Translations under genes and position numbers: made by a program
Origin: an uncultured Methanomassiliicoccales archaeon
GTDB lineage: Archaea > Thermoplasmatota > Thermoplasmata > Methanomassiliicoccales > UBA472
Length of the DNA: 64,000 nucleotides
Assembly (NCBI GenBank): GCA_963695345.1
Contig: OY968769.1
Location: forward strand, 2,432,001-2,496,000
Reading direction: 5' to 3'
Shown: positions 56,302-64,000 of the stretch, in pieces
How positions within the stretch are numbered: the stretch's first letter is position 1
Layout: the number at the start of each line of letters is the position of its first letter
The notes under the pieces: generated by a model
The model's database searches: none
What the model saw: the letters and a program-made list of their open reading frames with translations, nothing else
What the model was told of the DNA's origin: nothing

Positions 56302-56757
56302 TTATTTCCATCTTGGCTGCGGCTGCTTCTCATGCTCTTTGTGGCTGCTGGAATTCGCCTTTGCCTTCAGCTCTGTCTTCTTGAGCTCCATGGCAGCCTC
56401 CGCCCTTCGTTCCTTGGCGTTTAGCCTTTTAACGGCCGGGGTCTCTTTGGCGGAAGCGGCCATTTTCTTGGCCTCCATCTCTTCCTCGCCTTTTCGGTAA
56501 TTTGCATCCGCCAGTTTCCTGGCCTTGATCTTCTCGATGGCTTTGGTCGCCTTGGCGGTGGATTCCTTCTTGACCTTTGCCTTAAGGGCAGCCTTGGATT
56601 TCGCCGCCTCATCTTTCACCGTTTTGGATTTCACGGCGGTCTTCTTCGCACCTACCGTCTCTTTCTTGACCTGCGTGACGGCTTTCTTGCTCTTTGCCGG
56701 GTTCTTGGTCTCTGCCTTAGCCGATTTGGCTTCTACCTTTGGCGTCTTCGGTGCCAT
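56302..56757 (-). CDS. Lys/Ala-rich basic protein (histone H1-like composition)
   Basis: MAPKTPKVEAKSAKAETK...AKKTAVKSKTVK; highly basic and low-complexity. Confidence 0.65.
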   Translation of the reverse strand: MAPKTPKVEAKSAKAETKNPAKSKKAVTQVKKETVGAKKTAVKSKTVKDEAAKSKAALKAKVKKESTAKATKAIEKIKARKLADANYRKGEEEMEAKKMAASAKETPAVKRLNAKERRAEAAMELKKTELKAKANSSSHKEHEKQPQPRWK

Positions 56758-56928
56758 ACGACCACTGTTTAGGCTCTCGTCGTAGTTATATTGTATCCTC
56801 AAGTCAAAACGAGATTTTCATAGCTGCACGTCAGAAAACTCAATAACAGATAAGAATGGATGACTTCCGACGTTGAAGATCACTCCGCGGTCCTGCATTA
56901 GATACAGGTCCGAATATCGACTGGGATT

Positions 56929-57192
56929 TCAGGCGTACGTAATGTCGTTCATGGCATCTCTGATGATGTCCATCGTCTCCCGGATGAGAGGAACTCTGCC
57001 TTCGAGGACAAGCCTCCCATTGACGAATAGTGCCGGTGCCCGCGTCACCCCTCGCTCCCTGACCTCGATACCATCCTGGAGCTTGACGATCTCCGCATCC
57101 AGCTTCATTTCGTCGACCGCCTCATGAACGACCTGTTCCAGTTTCTTGCATTTGCCACAGGTGGATGTGAACACTTCGATTTTGACCGTCAT
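56929..57192 (-). CDS. Small redox-active disulfide protein (paralogue of 53096-53359)
   Basis: EVFTSTCGKC; ERGV.R.PALF.N..L.LEGRVP; 87 aa. Confidence 0.85.
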   Translation of the reverse strand: MTVKIEVFTSTCGKCKKLEQVVHEAVDEMKLDAEIVKLQDGIEVRERGVTRAPALFVNGRLVLEGRVPLIRETMDIIRDAMNDITYA

Positions 57193-57298
57193 GGGTAACT
57201 CTCCGACCTCATAAATGGGAGCATCAGGTTCATGTACTCTCGCATAGGCGTTTCCAAATAACATATTAAGGCCAGATACTCCAGGTACCCTTATACGG

Positions 57299-59062
57299 TC
57301 ACTCGTTCCTTGATTCCTCGTTCCTGGTCTCCATTGACCTGGAGAGTGCTGCTGCAACCCGATCATACCTCCGGTCGATGACGTCCCATGCCAACCAGGA
57401 CACGATGATCACACCAATCACCAACTCAAACGAGGAGACCGGCAATCCCTGATAGGAGGGCAGCAGCGGGAATATCAGGAGGATTAGCAAGACGAAAGAA
57501 ATGGCCGAGCCGATGTTCATGAAGAGACGGTAGGTGCGGAGCATTGCCGCAAGGCTATGCTTCCCTTCAGCATTGGAGGACATAGCCAGGGTGATCGCGA
57601 TCACGCTAATCCGCTTCACCAGATGGATCATTGCCGGGATAATTACGCTCAGAGCGATTATGAGCTGCACCAGAGAAGCTATCGATTCGTTCCCAGTTGT
57701 CGCATGGACATATTCCTCGATGATCGTAATCAGATCCAGTGCCAGAAGGGTTGCTATTATGATCACGAAATCGATGAATATGAGATATATCTGCTTCCGA
57801 ACGGTCAAACGGACCTTTGAGGAATGTGCCATCCTTTCCCCGGCTTCGAGACGGGATTCCTCCACGATGGTCAAGTCCCCGATTATCTTGGTCGGTATCT
57901 TGCCTAAAAACCAGTTGAAGATCCTCGGAGAGGACCGAGAAATGTATGGGAGCAGAACCATCGTGATGACTGCTGCGCCGATCACTGAAGAATAGATATC
58001 CGTGCCGATCAGCTCCCCATCCAGGGCCACCTTCGCAACCACGAAAGTGAACTCCCCCATGGCGACCATACTGGTGGCGATCAGGAAGCTGGAGCGGGCC
58101 TTGAAGTTCGCTGCATAACAACCAATTATTATGCTAGTCATCTTTCCCACGATGAAAATCGCCGCCACCATCATGGCCAGGGGGAGGCCAGTCCACATCA
58201 GCTCAGGGTCTAATTGCAGGCCGATGGAGATGAAGAATATGGCCATGAACATCTCCTTCATCGGCTCAACTTTCCTCTCCACTACGTTGCAGCACGTGGA
58301 CTGTGAGATCAATATACCAGCTAGGAAAGCACCTATGGCGACAGAAAGGCCGAGGGCGCTGGAGATCAATGAAAGGCCAAACCCGATCCCCACTGCCACC
58401 AGGAACAGGGTTTCACCCGAGTAATGTGTGTTAACCCAGTCCATAAATCTTGGGAGCACGGCGAGTCCCATGACGAATGTTATCCCTATGAATGAGACGA
58501 CTATGATGAGTGTTTCGATCAAGGAGGATGAGGTCGTACCGCCTATGATAGGGGTTGCCAGTGCCAGAATGACGATCAGCCCGATATCTTCCATGATAAG
58601 GATTCCTGTGACCGCCTTGGACAACTTCCCCTGCATGTGTTCGTTGTCTTTCATCACTCCCAGGACGACTGCCGTGCTGGCACAAGAGATGGTGACGCCG
58701 AGGAACAAAGCCTGGGCGCTGTCCATTCCCAGTCCCAGACCGAGCCCATAACCGATCACGACCATCATGGTCATCTCAATGGCGACGATGATTGCCGCAT
58801 ATGACGCTACATTCTTCAGACCCCGGAGGTTGAGCTCCAGGCCGATGAAGAACATCAACAGAACGATACCCATGCTAGCGAAGACGGTCACGGTGGATTC
58901 TTGAATGACGACTTCGGGGAATATGTGAGGTCCGAGAAGGAAGCCAGCAATCAGATAACCGATGATCGTGGGCAGCTTCAGTTTCTTGAGGACTATGGAA
59001 CATACGCCTGCCGCTATCAGCATCAAAGTGATGTCGAACAGTAGGACGGTCTCGGCGCTCAT
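57299..59062 (-). CDS. Cation:proton antiporter (CPA2/KefB-like)
   Basis: IIGYLIAG..LGP, GIVLLMF.IGLE, STAVV, GILIMED, GAFLAG, FFISIG, MGEF; extra C-terminal TM helices and no RCK domain. Confidence 0.9.
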   Translation of the reverse strand: MSAETVLLFDITLMLIAAGVCSIVLKKLKLPTIIGYLIAGFLLGPHIFPEVVIQESTVTVFASMGIVLLMFFIGLELNLRGLKNVASYAAIIVAIEMTMMVVIGYGLGLGLGMDSAQALFLGVTISCASTAVVLGVMKDNEHMQGKLSKAVTGILIMEDIGLIVILALATPIIGGTTSSSLIETLIIVVSFIGITFVMGLAVLPRFMDWVNTHYSGETLFLVAVGIGFGLSLISSALGLSVAIGAFLAGILISQSTCCNVVERKVEPMKEMFMAIFFISIGLQLDPELMWTGLPLAMMVAAIFIVGKMTSIIIGCYAANFKARSSFLIATSMVAMGEFTFVVAKVALDGELIGTDIYSSVIGAAVITMVLLPYISRSSPRIFNWFLGKIPTKIIGDLTIVEESRLEAGERMAHSSKVRLTVRKQIYLIFIDFVIIIATLLALDLITIIEEYVHATTGNESIASLVQLIIALSVIIPAMIHLVKRISVIAITLAMSSNAEGKHSLAAMLRTYRLFMNIGSAISFVLLILLIFPLLPSYQGLPVSSFELVIGVIIVSWLAWDVIDRRYDRVAAALSRSMETRNEESRNE

Positions 59063-59334
59063 TCATTTATCCCTTTACTACCAGGTCAATACTGGCTTAC
59101 TTGATATTTATTTCCGAGAGAACCCCGATGGGGCATAAGCGATCCATCCCAGACCAGAAAGCAAACCTTATGAAAATGGATTCTGGATCAAGCAATCCCT
59201 GGTTTGGAAGGCTAAGTACTGAGACAATGACCCAATGGCAATGGCCGATTACCTAGGCTAGGTCAATCCTCCTGAGGTTGCGCAACTTGCGAAACAGACC
59301 ATGTTTGAATTCTTGCTGTTTTGCAGACCGTCCC

Positions 59335-61290
59335 TTATACCGGGTCACCGCTTGCCCTGGCGCAAACCTTGATCCAATTCGAGCTTTTGTTGAGCAAGAC
59401 GGAATCCTTGCTCTGTCCTCCCTCGTAGGCTTCCACCATGACCTTGACGTCCTTGGCGCCGGCCAAGGCCGCTCGGTCCATCACATAAGTGGTGGCCATC
59501 TCCTTGGCCCGCAGGACGGCATCCTCCTGGGTATCGAATTTCTGGGGATCGGTTATGGAGGAGAAGATCCAGAAGTGACTGCCCCTGGGATATACCTGCA
59601 ACGTGACCGATTCCGATACCTTGCTGCACACCGCCCCTACCGCATTTCCCACATCCGCGTGGGGCGGAATGACCACCTTGACATCCAAACGCTTCTCCAG
59701 TTCCGGGACGAAAATGTGCGCCGGTGCCCCTATGCCCACGATCGGGCGGTCGAGCATCGCGTGGATGGACATGGTGCGGAAGCCTGCCGCTCCCAGGCTG
59801 GCACGGATCATATAGTCTAGAGAGCGGGAATTGGTGAGCTCTCCGGCCTCGTCATAGATCAGCTTCTTGATGATCTCGGCGCCCACTCGGGTCACCATCT
59901 CCGACATGAATATCTCAATGAACGCCGCTGGAGTGACCCCCAGGCGGTTCGCGAATATCTCTATGCCTTCCATCGAAGCATCCACATCTCCCGACACGTA
60001 GACCCCCTTCGCGTGCATGATATCGGTTGGCGTGAGCCCGGTCTGGGAGATGTAACCCTTGGCCTTCAGCGATTTGATGTTCTCGGGCACATAGGTACGG
60101 TCCTCCAGCGCGTCATGCAGCTCGTAGAGCGTGCAGAGCCCGAACGTCTTGATGTAATCGTACACCAGCGCATCCTCCCAGCACAGCCCGGAAGGGTCCC
60201 TTTCGTACCAGGTATAGAACGTGGTGATCCTGGTCGTCTTGATCTTCTCCAGAACATACGGGTTCCGTTTTGAGGCGACCGCTAGAGGGGTCACTCTGTC
60301 CGGCCCGATCTCGATACGCCCATGGCTGTCCATCTGGACGTCCGAATCGCCTCCGAGCCCGCTGGTCCAAATGTCGATGGCCCTCACCCGGGTCCTCCAA
60401 TTTCCCACCGTCGCCCCTTCCTTGGTTATCCGGGGAAATCCCTTGTCCAAGTAGGCGATGTCGGTGGAGGTCCCACCGATGTCCAGCACGATGCAGTTGT
60501 CCAGGCCCGATAGCAGGCGCCCGCCCATTAGGCTGGCGGCCGGTCCGGAGAGGATGGTCTCGACCGGCCTTTCCCTTGCCACGGAAATGCTCATCATCGA
60601 TCCGTCACCCTTGAAGACCATTATCTGGCCCAATATGTTCCTCTTGCGAAGCGAGTTCTCGACACCGGTCAGGAACTCACCGATTATGGGGATGAGCTTG
60701 GCGTTCAAGATGGCGGTGACTGTCCTTTCCGCCACCCCAAGTTCCGATGTCAGGTCGTGACCCGCCACCACCAACCGGTCCGATTTCTCCAGGATCATTC
60801 TGCGGGCGATCTCCTCGTGCTCCGGGTTATGGACGCTGAATATGCTGGATACGACGATCGCGTCCACGTTTCCGACCATCAGATTGATGGCGTGCTCCAT
60901 CTGGAACATGTTCAAGGGTGCCTTTTCCCTTCCGCTTACCGTGTGCCCTCCCACGACCGAGTGTACCACCTTGGCTCCGAGATCGCATTCTGGGTCTGGG
61001 ACCCATCCTATGCATATGAGGCCGACAGAACCTCCCTTCCCGGTCAGAATGGAATTGGTCGCCAATGTCGTGGAAAGACCTACCAGTTGAATCTCATCGA
61101 CAGAGAATGTACCGGAGGAGAGAACACCGTCCACCGCCCCCAGCATCCCAATGGATAGGTCAGAATAGGTAGTCGGTGATTTTGAAGTGGCCAGGACCTT
61201 CATGGACCCCATATCCACGATGGCCGCATCGGTGAATGTTCCCCCAGTATCGATCCCTAGGCCTAGGGTCCTGTGACTTGCTGAAGCCAT
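59335..61290 (-). CDS. Hydantoinase/oxoprolinase-family protein
   Basis: GIDTGGTFTD, STTLATN, ERTVTA.LNA, TILSGPAAS, DIGGTSTD, GLGGDS, NAVGA. Confidence 0.88.
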   Translation of the reverse strand: MASASHRTLGLGIDTGGTFTDAAIVDMGSMKVLATSKSPTTYSDLSIGMLGAVDGVLSSGTFSVDEIQLVGLSTTLATNSILTGKGGSVGLICIGWVPDPECDLGAKVVHSVVGGHTVSGREKAPLNMFQMEHAINLMVGNVDAIVVSSIFSVHNPEHEEIARRMILEKSDRLVVAGHDLTSELGVAERTVTAILNAKLIPIIGEFLTGVENSLRKRNILGQIMVFKGDGSMMSISVARERPVETILSGPAASLMGGRLLSGLDNCIVLDIGGTSTDIAYLDKGFPRITKEGATVGNWRTRVRAIDIWTSGLGGDSDVQMDSHGRIEIGPDRVTPLAVASKRNPYVLEKIKTTRITTFYTWYERDPSGLCWEDALVYDYIKTFGLCTLYELHDALEDRTYVPENIKSLKAKGYISQTGLTPTDIMHAKGVYVSGDVDASMEGIEIFANRLGVTPAAFIEIFMSEMVTRVGAEIIKKLIYDEAGELTNSRSLDYMIRASLGAAGFRTMSIHAMLDRPIVGIGAPAHIFVPELEKRLDVKVVIPPHADVGNAVGAVCSKVSESVTLQVYPRGSHFWIFSSITDPQKFDTQEDAVLRAKEMATTYVMDRAALAGAKDVKVMVEAYEGGQSKDSVLLNKSSNWIKVCARASGDPV

Positions 61291-61575
61291 TTGTCTACAC
61301 CTGTTAATGCTCCATTTCACAGAGGGATTCAATATACTTTCTAAAACTCATACGCCTAAGTCAGAAGACATTTCCGAAACGGTACTTCTTGGCCAGAAAC
61401 ATCATTTCATGAACATCGATCAAGGGGGGCATTCCGTGGGTAATTATGTCGTCGTTGATTTTCATTAAAATATTTTACTCATTTTAATATTATTAGGTCA
61501 TCAAGAATGCCGCCTCATGTGAATGGCAAGATTACCTTTTTAAGGAGGCAGTCCAGTATTTAATATGACTCGGTT

Positions 61576-64000
61576 ATGAAACTAAGGACCAAGACCATCA
61601 TCACATTGATCCCGATGGCCATTCTGTTCGTTCTCCTGACGAACTCCCTAGGTTCCAGCATAATCGTCGGAGAAGCATTAAAAGAGGACAATGCCAGGGC
61701 TGAAGTGGCATCGAAAGAGATCAATCTCGGGCTTGATGACAAGGTTTCCCAATTGGATATGTTCTGTGCCGACTGGGGCATTTGGGACGAAGCCTGGTAC
61801 TTCGTCCAATTTCATAACTCTAGCTTCGCCGAGCAGGTCCTGAACCCAGATTCGATGTCGGCCGGCGATCTAGGCGCCCTCTTGTTCTATAATGTGACCG
61901 GAAAATTTGTCGATGGACTCGCCCTCGATAAGGTCAATGGCACTGTAATCGAGATTCCTGTAGACCTGCTTTCGATTATCGAGAATGATACGACCTTGCA
62001 TTTGAGGACGGACATCGAAGATCATCGATTGGGAATTCTTTCCCTGGGGAACGGCACTGCCATGTTCTCATCAAGACCTGTGGTCAAGACCAGTATGATA
62101 GGTCCGCCGATGGGCAGCATCATCATGATCGTCTATGTTGACGAGGATACGATATCCTCATTGTCGGCGCTGTATGGGGCAAAGCTCTCGCTAGGTTCAG
62201 ACGTCCTGGACCAGGAGATGTTTGGCAACCTGGGAACCGACAATGTGGTTATTGATATGCTGAACGATTCCACCATAGCTGCCTCCTGGTTTGTCCAGGA
62301 CATCTATGGCCAGCCAGCGCTATCCCTAACGATTGACGTCCAAAGAACCGCCTTTTTGAACGTCCAGGATTCGACAGTATACATGAGCATCGCCGTTTTA
62401 GCGGCAGGCCTGGGCAATTTCTTTCTCATGCTGGTTTTCGTGGATAGGGGGATCCTATCGCACCTTCACAAGGTCATGGATGACATAAACGGGATTGGAA
62501 CCGGAAAAAGGAAGGAAAGGCGGGTCCGGGTTATGGGGGATGATGAGCTGAGGGACCTCAGCATACAGGTGAACGTCATGTTGGAGTCCCTTGACCGTTC
62601 GGACAAAGAAATGGTCCATAAGGAGAAGAAGTACAGGACCATAGTGGAGGGCTCTTCGAACGCCATACTGATCGTAGGAAGGGAAGACCAGAGGATAATC
62701 GATGTGAACCCTGCCTTCCTTAAGATGACTGGAAAATCCGTGGAAATGCTTAACACCCTCAAGATCGGGGACGTCCTCATCACTCCGGAACAATGGTCCA
62801 GACCATCATCCCCTGATTCTTCCGCGGAAGAAGGGTACGGGTATATTATCCACACCGATTCGTCAACCTCGGAGGTGGAATTGAGCAGGTCCTCTCTTCT
62901 GCTGGATGGGACTGAGGTGGACTGCTATATCGCCAAGGACGTGACCGAAAGGAGAAAGGCCGAGAGGGAGAAGGAATCGATACTGGACCAGCTCCAGAGG
63001 GCCAATGAGAAGTTGGAGATCACCCTGAGGTCCATCGCCGACGGTGTGATCACCATCGATGGCCAGGGAAACATCATTCTCGGTAACCGGGCGGCGGAAG
63101 AGATGATGGGCCGAAAGATGGATTCTATCACTGGCCATAGGATCAAGGAGGTCTTCGACCTTCCCGACAACCAATGGAAAACGATCACATCGATCACTTC
63201 CGGCGGTCCATTGAGGAACGAGACCCGGAATCCCGACGGTCTCAACTGGCTAATGGAGTACAACTTCACCACCTTGAGGGGTGAGAAGGACGAAGCGATA
63301 GGCAAGGTGTTCGTGTTCCGGGACATCTCGCAAAAGGTCAGGGCGGAGATCGCCGAGGCCAACGCCGACAGGCTAGAATCGATAGGTACATTGGCGGGAG
63401 GCATTGCCCACGATTTCAACAACCTGATGACCTCGGTCATGGGCGAGATGTTCTTGCTGCGAGCGGAGATAGATCAAAGCGAGAATTCGATGAAAAGGTC
63501 GTTGGGCCGTATCGATGAGATGGAGACCGCCATGGACCGTGCCAAGTTCGTCGCCCAGGAACTGCTTTCCCTTTCAAAGGGCGGTTCGCCCATCCAGAAG
63601 CCTACGGTAGTAAAGGGGCTTCTAGAGGACACCGCCAGGCTCGCCTTCACCGGATCGAACCTGAACTGGATCTTGGAATGCCCCGAGGACCTGTGGGCCG
63701 CGAACATCGATTCCGGACAGATGAACCGGGCCTTCCTCAACATACTCTTCAACGCCCAGGAGGCCAGCCCTACCGCGAGCACGGTGAGGATGGTCGCCCG
63801 TAATTTCGAAGGCGTCCCGCCCGGTCTAGCCAAAGGTAGATATGTTGTACTCGATTTCATCGATCAGGGGGTCGGTATTCCGCCTGAGGTCTTACCAAGG
63901 ATATTCGATCCTTACTTTACCACAAAGGAAACCGGTTCGGGCCTGGGCATGACAGTCACCTACAGCACGGTAAAGCGTCATGGCGGATCCATCGAGGTCG
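61576..64000 (+). CDS. Membrane sensor histidine kinase CHASE4-HAMP-PAS-PAS-HisKA-HATPase (runs off the window; not in the ORF track)
   Basis: MKLRTKT plus TM; DWGIWDEAWYFV (CHASE4); GDDELRDL...VN.ML (HAMP); two PAS domains; LAGGIAHDFNN (H box); D.G.G, IFDPYFTTK, GSGLG. Confidence 0.9.
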   Translation, partial: MKLRTKTIITLIPMAILFVLLTNSLGSSIIVGEALKEDNARAEVASKEINLGLDDKVSQLDMFCADWGIWDEAWYFVQFHNSSFAEQVLNPDSMSAGDLGALLFYNVTGKFVDGLALDKVNGTVIEIPVDLLSIIENDTTLHLRTDIEDHRLGILSLGNGTAMFSSRPVVKTSMIGPPMGSIIMIVYVDEDTISSLSALYGAKLSLGSDVLDQEMFGNLGTDNVVIDMLNDSTIAASWFVQDIYGQPALSLTIDVQRTAFLNVQDSTVYMSIAVLAAGLGNFFLMLVFVDRGILSHLHKVMDDINGIGTGKRKERRVRVMGDDELRDLSIQVNVMLESLDRSDKEMVHKEKKYRTIVEGSSNAILIVGREDQRIIDVNPAFLKMTGKSVEMLNTLKIGDVLITPEQWSRPSSPDSSAEEGYGYIIHTDSSTSEVELSRSSLLLDGTEVDCYIAKDVTERRKAEREKESILDQLQRANEKLEITLRSIADGVITIDGQGNIILGNRAAEEMMGRKMDSITGHRIKEVFDLPDNQWKTITSITSGGPLRNETRNPDGLNWLMEYNFTTLRGEKDEAIGKVFVFRDISQKVRAEIAEANADRLESIGTLAGGIAHDFNNLMTSVMGEMFLLRAEIDQSENSMKRSLGRIDEMETAMDRAKFVAQELLSLSKGGSPIQKPTVVKGLLEDTARLAFTGSNLNWILECPEDLWAANIDSGQMNRAFLNILFNAQEASPTASTVRMVARNFEGVPPGLAKGRYVVLDFIDQGVGIPPEVLPRIFDPYFTTKETGSGLGMTVTYSTVKRHGGSIEV

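Overview
This is archaeal chromosomal DNA, most consistent with a Methanomassiliicoccales (Thermoplasmatota) methanogen. Markers include archaeal FEN1, archaeal-type SAM synthetase, a stand-alone TRAM protein, the aconitase-X mevalonate dehydratase pair, a group 3c Mvh hydrogenase and a DUF835 domain. Many genes at 17-18 kb and 30-51 kb are broken by single-base indels, mostly +1 in short homopolymer runs. Essential ileS is among them, so I treat these as sequencing errors and report reconstructed genes. Main points of interest: (1) a five-gene operon joining MvhAG hydrogenase, a (ferredoxin-MvhD)x2 adaptor and NfnAB, with no HdrABC, an altered NAD-binding loop in NfnA, and NADP-glutamate dehydrogenase transcribed divergently; (2) a catalytically degenerate PlsY-like membrane protein tail-to-tail with a rifampicin-phosphotransferase-type dikinase; (3) a heliorhodopsin and a pentameric ligand-gated ion channel in the accessory first 12 kb; (4) IleRS extended by HhH, zinc-ribbon and DUF835 domains; (5) an AcnX swivel-Nudix fusion; (6) a collapsed 1.1-kb integrative element bounded by a perfect 25-bp direct repeat; (7) a cobalamin ECF-CbrT operon with DUF4430 surface proteins and an SPFH/zinc-ribbon/LemA/TPM membrane cluster. 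No rRNA, tRNA or CRISPR array was seen. All family calls come from motif recognition by eye, not from database searches.
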